Source: Candidatus Eiseniibacteriota bacterium (GTDB taxonomy: Bacteria > Eisenbacteria > RBG-16-71-46 > CAZAMP01). Taken from it: a stretch of 64,000 nt of DNA. Each line of letters starts with the position of its first letter. The first letter of the stretch is position 1. Below the pieces are notes generated by a model that was given only the letters and a program-made list of their open reading frames with translations, was not told where the DNA came from and did not search any database. Shown piece by piece: positions 60,801 to 64,000 of the stretch. The stretch spans positions 6,272,001 to 6,336,000 of the forward strand of contig OZ245046.1 of the NCBI GenBank assembly GCA_965224245.1, read 5' to 3'. Both the position numbers and the translations under genes were made by a program.

Positions 60801-61784
60801 ATCCTGACCAACCTGATCGTCGGCGAGTCCGGCGTGATCTACGCCGCCAGCGCGCCGGAGGCGGGTGTGTGGAGATCCGATGATGACGGTGTGTCGTTCG
60901 GCCTGGTGAGCACGATCGGTGGGGAGTCGCGGGTGGGCGCACTGCTGCAGGTCGGCGATCGTCTGCTTGCGGCACTCGAAGTACCCGGCGAAGTCGCGGC
61001 GATCATGTACTCCGACGATGAGGGCATCTCGTGGACCCAGGCTGCGGGACTCGGATCCGTGGTGGCCGCCCACGACCTCGTCGCGATCGGGGGTATCGTG
61101 TATGCCGGCGTCGCCGAGACGGGCGACGCAGGCTGGGTCTACGCGTCGGCAGATGCCGGCACGTCGTGGTCTCGCACTACCGAGTTCACCGATCCCTCGA
61201 ACATCCGGGCCGTGACGAGCCTCGGCGTCGGGATCGACGGACGGCTCATCGCCGGCGCCTCGAGCGGTTGGGGCCCGGCCGGATCGGCCGTCTACGTTGC
61301 CGATGCGTCCCTCACCTCGTGGGAGCCACTCGGGGGAGGACTGGAGCTCGCCACCGACGTGACCGCAATCATGCCCATTCCACCACCACTCATCGGGCGC
61401 GGGACCCCGGCGGTCCTCGTGGCCACGGGGTCGATCTACGGCGACATCTACGTCGCGGGTTACGACGCGCTGCTGGACAGCCCACCGCCGATCTCCCCTC
61501 CGGCCGTACTGACCCTCGCCCCACCGGCACCGAACCCGTTCACACACCACACGGCCCTGGCCATCGCGCTGCCCTCCGCGGGTCCAGTGCGGGTGATCGT
61601 CGTCTCCTCGGATGGACGGCGCGTCCGGACACTGCTGAATCACGGTGCACACGAAGCGGGTCGACTCGAGGTCTCCTGGGACGGGACGGACGACGTCGGC
61701 CATCCGGTATCCTCAGGTGTGTACTTCACCCGCGTGGAGACCCCGTCCGGTAGCCGAACCCAGAAGGTCCTGCTCGTGCGTTGA
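57819..61784 (+). CDS. BNR/sialidase-like propeller + gingipain-family (C25) cysteine peptidase + BNR propeller + CTD
   Basis: SxDxGxTW Asp-box repeats at both ends. YLIVA, YVLLVGD, SDYYY, VGRIP, AHG (His), LTGCS (Cys), FYGDP. CTD APNPF...WDG...SGVYF. Confidence 0.88.
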   Translation: MTWSPSILGILLILGASPGVAEQASKPPAPSPRVGVDPAARAIVREGIAIRSAGSPVFGTDVLLSDLAIPSHEPAIASRADGTLFAAVVATPPAIDVYQSDDDGYTWTLWFRATAADAVSHPAIIVGEGNVNRLVLAYVEGSETPSARLVVLTRDLDNPADISLAELDASPYASLASPRLCVDSPEYAFWYPYIVWERPVVGRGAGQQVRFSRSTDYGDTFETPQSLGTGGGPTEPDVDFGASRLFVALATGTSGSRDIQVRQSTDFGATWDPAVDVATAVQDEFEPSVVASNGGDAVVVAFSKTYGAQSDIEAAISTNGGSTWFPNYLPWNSDDERTADLDVSASGGRIHAAFRRDDEIVYTYCAVATPGAWSTERVLTDLSTATAGYAPAICRNASRPQEAIVAWTAPAPDGSRVYVGAAYPLGKYLIVAGSDPLATAVESFAEWKASIGFDVEIVTRAQVFAASGSGDDAERFWSYLRDRRTELRYVLLVGDVDTIPMRPLFPSGNPAYPPTDPRHDNGLPYGSDYYYAKVDVTSWDLDLDGRWGEFVDDALDPEPDLLVGRIPFSDVTNATAACASAVAFESSEPAGKRAALLAHGFLNYRGKASDQITDAAYAGEHTRNNDLLPTGWSALRLYERNGVGPSGFASEDSLTRMDYRSYVGAFGLVSAMAHGNPWGLSGIRWVSDVNGNGFADLREEWIYNEFVRAGDIAASPATGLVLLTGCSTGVLWGDDRGCWDDPLGSGWLSGTTLDGTMLKEYLRHGAAAVVASSAGSDYGYAWTSPAGNGGQSLAVSISSHLVSGRLRAGDAFHRAMFDYVNTHGYQRGIRVFNFYGDPALSFETVDVPAATREAAARYVAARPRLESAEREARDAVACALLENPDQWSPLPDLAGATTISSLMVHSGGKLFAAGMISADEDRNAGVVYRWEDAISVIPTPIPLPAAWSIRDLAEAASGALIACGLAEDGGYEGRIYRSEDEGGTWITSLDLPGGILTNLIVGESGVIYAASAPEAGVWRSDDDGVSFGLVSTIGGESRVGALLQVGDRLLAALEVPGEVAAIMYSDDEGISWTQAAGLGSVVAAHDLVAIGGIVYAGVAETGDAGWVYASADAGTSWSRTTEFTDPSNIRAVTSLGVGIDGRLIAGASSGWGPAGSAVYVADASLTSWEPLGGGLELATDVTAIMPIPPPLIGRGTPAVLVATGSIYGDIYVAGYDALLDSPPPISPPAVLTLAPPAPNPFTHHTALAIALPSAGPVRVIVVSSDGRRVRTLLNHGAHEAGRLEVSWDGTDDVGHPVSSGVYFTRVETPSGSRTQKVLLVR

Positions 61785-61842
61785 TACGCGCAGGGTCGAG
61801 GAATACCGGCCCCGGGCGACACGATCGAGCCGAGGAGGACCC

Positions 61843-62589
61843 GTGGACACCTGGAAGTACTACGACATCACCCACCGCGAGCACCTGGTCTGCAACCCCA
61901 CGAGCGTGGAGAAGCTCGCGCGGCTCGTCGCTCTCCTGCGCCTGGAGAGGGGCGATCGCGTGGTGGACATCGCGTGCGGAAAGGCCGAGTTCCTCATCCG
62001 CCTCGCCGAGACCCATGGCGTGGTCGGCACGGGGATCGACATCTCCCGGTTCTGCATCGCTGATGCGGAGAAGCGGCTCGCCGCTCGACTTCCGGGTTCG
62101 GGCATCACGTTCACCCGGATGAATGGTGCCGACTTTCGAGCCGACCCGTCGCACAGCTACTCCCTGGCCTCGTGTATCGGCGCCAGCTGGATATACGGAG
62201 GACATGCGGGCACCCTCGATGCGCTGATCGAGATGGTGAGGCCCGGCGGCTGGGTCGTCGCCGGCGAGCCCTTCTGGCGGCGGGAGCCGTCAGCGGAGTA
62301 CCTCGAGGCGTCGGGAGACGAGAGAGAGGACTTCGGCACCCACGCGACCAACGTCGAAGCCGGCGAGGCCCGCGGGCTGGATCTCGTGTACACCAGCGTG
62401 AGCAGTGAGGACGACTGGGATACGTACGAGGGATTGCAGTGGTACGCCTCGACCGACTATGCCCGCAGCAACCCGGACGACCCCGACGTGCCGGAGCTGC
62501 TCGAACGTGTGGCGAGGAACAGAGCCGCCTATCTGCGGTGGGGCCGAGACACCCTGGGCTGGGCGATCTACGTCTTCCGTCGTCGATGA
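61843..62589 (+). CDS. Class I SAM-dependent methyltransferase
   Basis: GAGGAGG RBS + GTG; VVDIACGKAE motif I, GIDIS, CIGASW, VRPGG. Confidence 0.87.
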   Translation: MDTWKYYDITHREHLVCNPTSVEKLARLVALLRLERGDRVVDIACGKAEFLIRLAETHGVVGTGIDISRFCIADAEKRLAARLPGSGITFTRMNGADFRADPSHSYSLASCIGASWIYGGHAGTLDALIEMVRPGGWVVAGEPFWRREPSAEYLEASGDEREDFGTHATNVEAGEARGLDLVYTSVSSEDDWDTYEGLQWYASTDYARSNPDDPDVPELLERVARNRAAYLRWGRDTLGWAIYVFRRR

Positions 62590-62885
62590 GCCTTCGGGCG
62601 TCGTCGAGAGCCTCTCGGAGTCCATCGAGGTGGACACGAAGCTGAGCCGCTGGGATCGACGCGCAGTTACCGTCCCGTATCGACGAACCAGGTCGAAGGG
62701 TGTGTTGGTTCCATCTTGTGCACCGTCGATCACTCTCCAGCCCGGCACGGCATCTGACCGTCTACAGCCTGCGCTCTGGTGTCGCACCGGCATCCGGTGC
62801 GCCGCTGTCCATGCCGAAAACGGTCTTCTATCGGATGGCTCTTCCGCGTACTGTCGGTCGAGAACTCCACCACGTGCAGGCCGAC

Positions 62886-64000
62886 ATGATCCACCTGGTC
62901 CTCCATACGGCGCTGAAGCTCGTTGTCGCCCTCGGTCTTGCCGTCGACCTGGTGGCAAGTGATCACCCCGGCATGGCGCTTCTCGCGCTCGCGATCACCG
63001 CGCCCTGGCTGGGCACGTTCGCCGCCGCGACCCTGGCAGGTCTCCTGGTCGTGCACGGTCTGTTCGCCGATCCGGACGTGTGGTCCAGGGTCCTCGCGCT
63101 CGGTGTGGTGATCGTATGGGATCTGTCCGTCGGTCTGTACGCACGCTGGCGCCTCGGTCGGCACCGGCAGTCGCGCGAGCGACCGGGGCCCGTTCGTTCC
63201 ATCAGCGGCGAGAGTCGTCGGGACGGCCCTGGAGGACGAACCGCGCTCGCTGTCTATCGACGGGACACGCGCCTTCTCCTCTGGTATCAGATGTCGCCCG
63301 AGACGACCGTGATCCTCACACCGTTGATGTTCCCGCTGCTCCTCATCGCCGACCTGCTTCTGAATGGGCGAGACCTCGACGCGTCGGGAGGGCCCATTCT
63401 TGCGCTGATCATCCTGGTCTGGCTCGTGCTTCCGTTCTTCCATCGACCCCTGACGCGTTTGCTCGAGGCACCGGCACACTGGGCCCAGGCGCGGGTACGC
63501 GCCGCCGTCGACATCACGCTGTTCCGTCCGTTCCGACGCCCGGAGAAGTGGCACCCCACCTACCGGGTGCTCGTGCCGACGCTGGACCGCCTCGGACGCG
63601 TCTGGACCGTGTTCGGTCCGGACTACGGAAAGGGCATGAAGAGGACTGAAGGAGAGTCACTCCGGTTCGAGGCGGAGGGCGACGAGTTCGTCTCGGAGGA
63701 CGACTCGGTCTGGCAGGGTGCCATCGAGGAGCGGCTCGCGGTCACCGACTTCGTTGCGATCGACGTATCCGTTCCGTCCAGCAACGTCCTCTGGGAGCTC
63801 GAGCAAGCGAGGATCCGGATTCCACCGGAGCAGATTCTCCTCTTCGCCGAGCAATCGGTGGATGCACGCACATTCGAGACGTTCTATCAGCTGCGGGACG
63901 CGGGTGACCGGGAGTCCGCCGTGCCCGTGTCTGTCTTGCGATACGATCCGCTCGACACGCTCAGCTTCCTCATCGCCGTCCGGAAGAGGATCCTGAAGGG
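62886..64000 (+). CDS. Membrane protein with C-terminal TIR/NDT-like Rossmannoid domain (3'-truncated by window; absent from ORF track)
   Basis: Open from ATG 62886 to the window end. Several hydrophobic helices, then LFRPF...WQGAIEERLAVTDFVAIDVSVPSSNVLWELEQA. Confidence 0.7.
   Translation, partial: MIHLVLHTALKLVVALGLAVDLVASDHPGMALLALAITAPWLGTFAAATLAGLLVVHGLFADPDVWSRVLALGVVIVWDLSVGLYARWRLGRHRQSRERPGPVRSISGESRRDGPGGRTALAVYRRDTRLLLWYQMSPETTVILTPLMFPLLLIADLLLNGRDLDASGGPILALIILVWLVLPFFHRPLTRLLEAPAHWAQARVRAAVDITLFRPFRRPEKWHPTYRVLVPTLDRLGRVWTVFGPDYGKGMKRTEGESLRFEAEGDEFVSEDDSVWQGAIEERLAVTDFVAIDVSVPSSNVLWELEQARIRIPPEQILLFAEQSVDARTFETFYQLRDAGDRESAVPVSVLRYDPLDTLSFLIAVRKRILK

Noticed and set aside
1-64000. 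Integron cassette array explanation for the many co-oriented genes
   Set aside because: No consistent attC-like RYYYAAC...GTTRRRY sites or integrase; intergenic regions are long and dissimilar.

Overview
GC-rich bacterial DNA (roughly two-thirds G+C by eye). The gene style suggests an FCB-associated candidate lineage such as Eisenbacteria, Latescibacterota or Krumholzibacteriota; this is an inference. About 26 real CDSs are present, and most other long ORFs in the track are antisense or alternative-frame shadows. The window is dominated by large secreted proteins: 14 end in a FlgD-Ig/T9SS-type C-terminal domain (CTD; PNPF...IYDxxGRxVRxL...WDG...GxYF) and 2 end in a short [ST]WGxL[KR]xx[YF] tail. 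Cargo includes FG-GAP, LVIVD, SBBP-like, ELWxxDGT, PQQ-like and BNR propellers, two gingipain-family (C25) proteins, PhoX, a DD-carboxypeptidase fusion and a cohesin/dockerin protein. Two cytoplasmic signalling modules sit among them. (i) The best candidate for an undescribed system is a tightly coupled operon at 14.7-18.3 kb: FAD oxidoreductase fused to a cNMP-binding domain, FHA-class III nucleotidyl cyclase with non-canonical specificity residues, and an MBL-fold hydrolase, i.e. a possible cyclic-nucleotide reader/writer/eraser. (ii) An FHA-sigma54 activator (GVATGV) with a Ser/Thr kinase-FGE protein, followed by a sigma54-like promoter. Intergenic gaps hold relic gene tails joined back to back and a probable group II intron 5' remnant. 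A membrane protein with a TIR/NDT-like domain, missing from the ORF track, runs off the right edge. No rRNA, tRNA, CRISPR array or intact transposase was seen.
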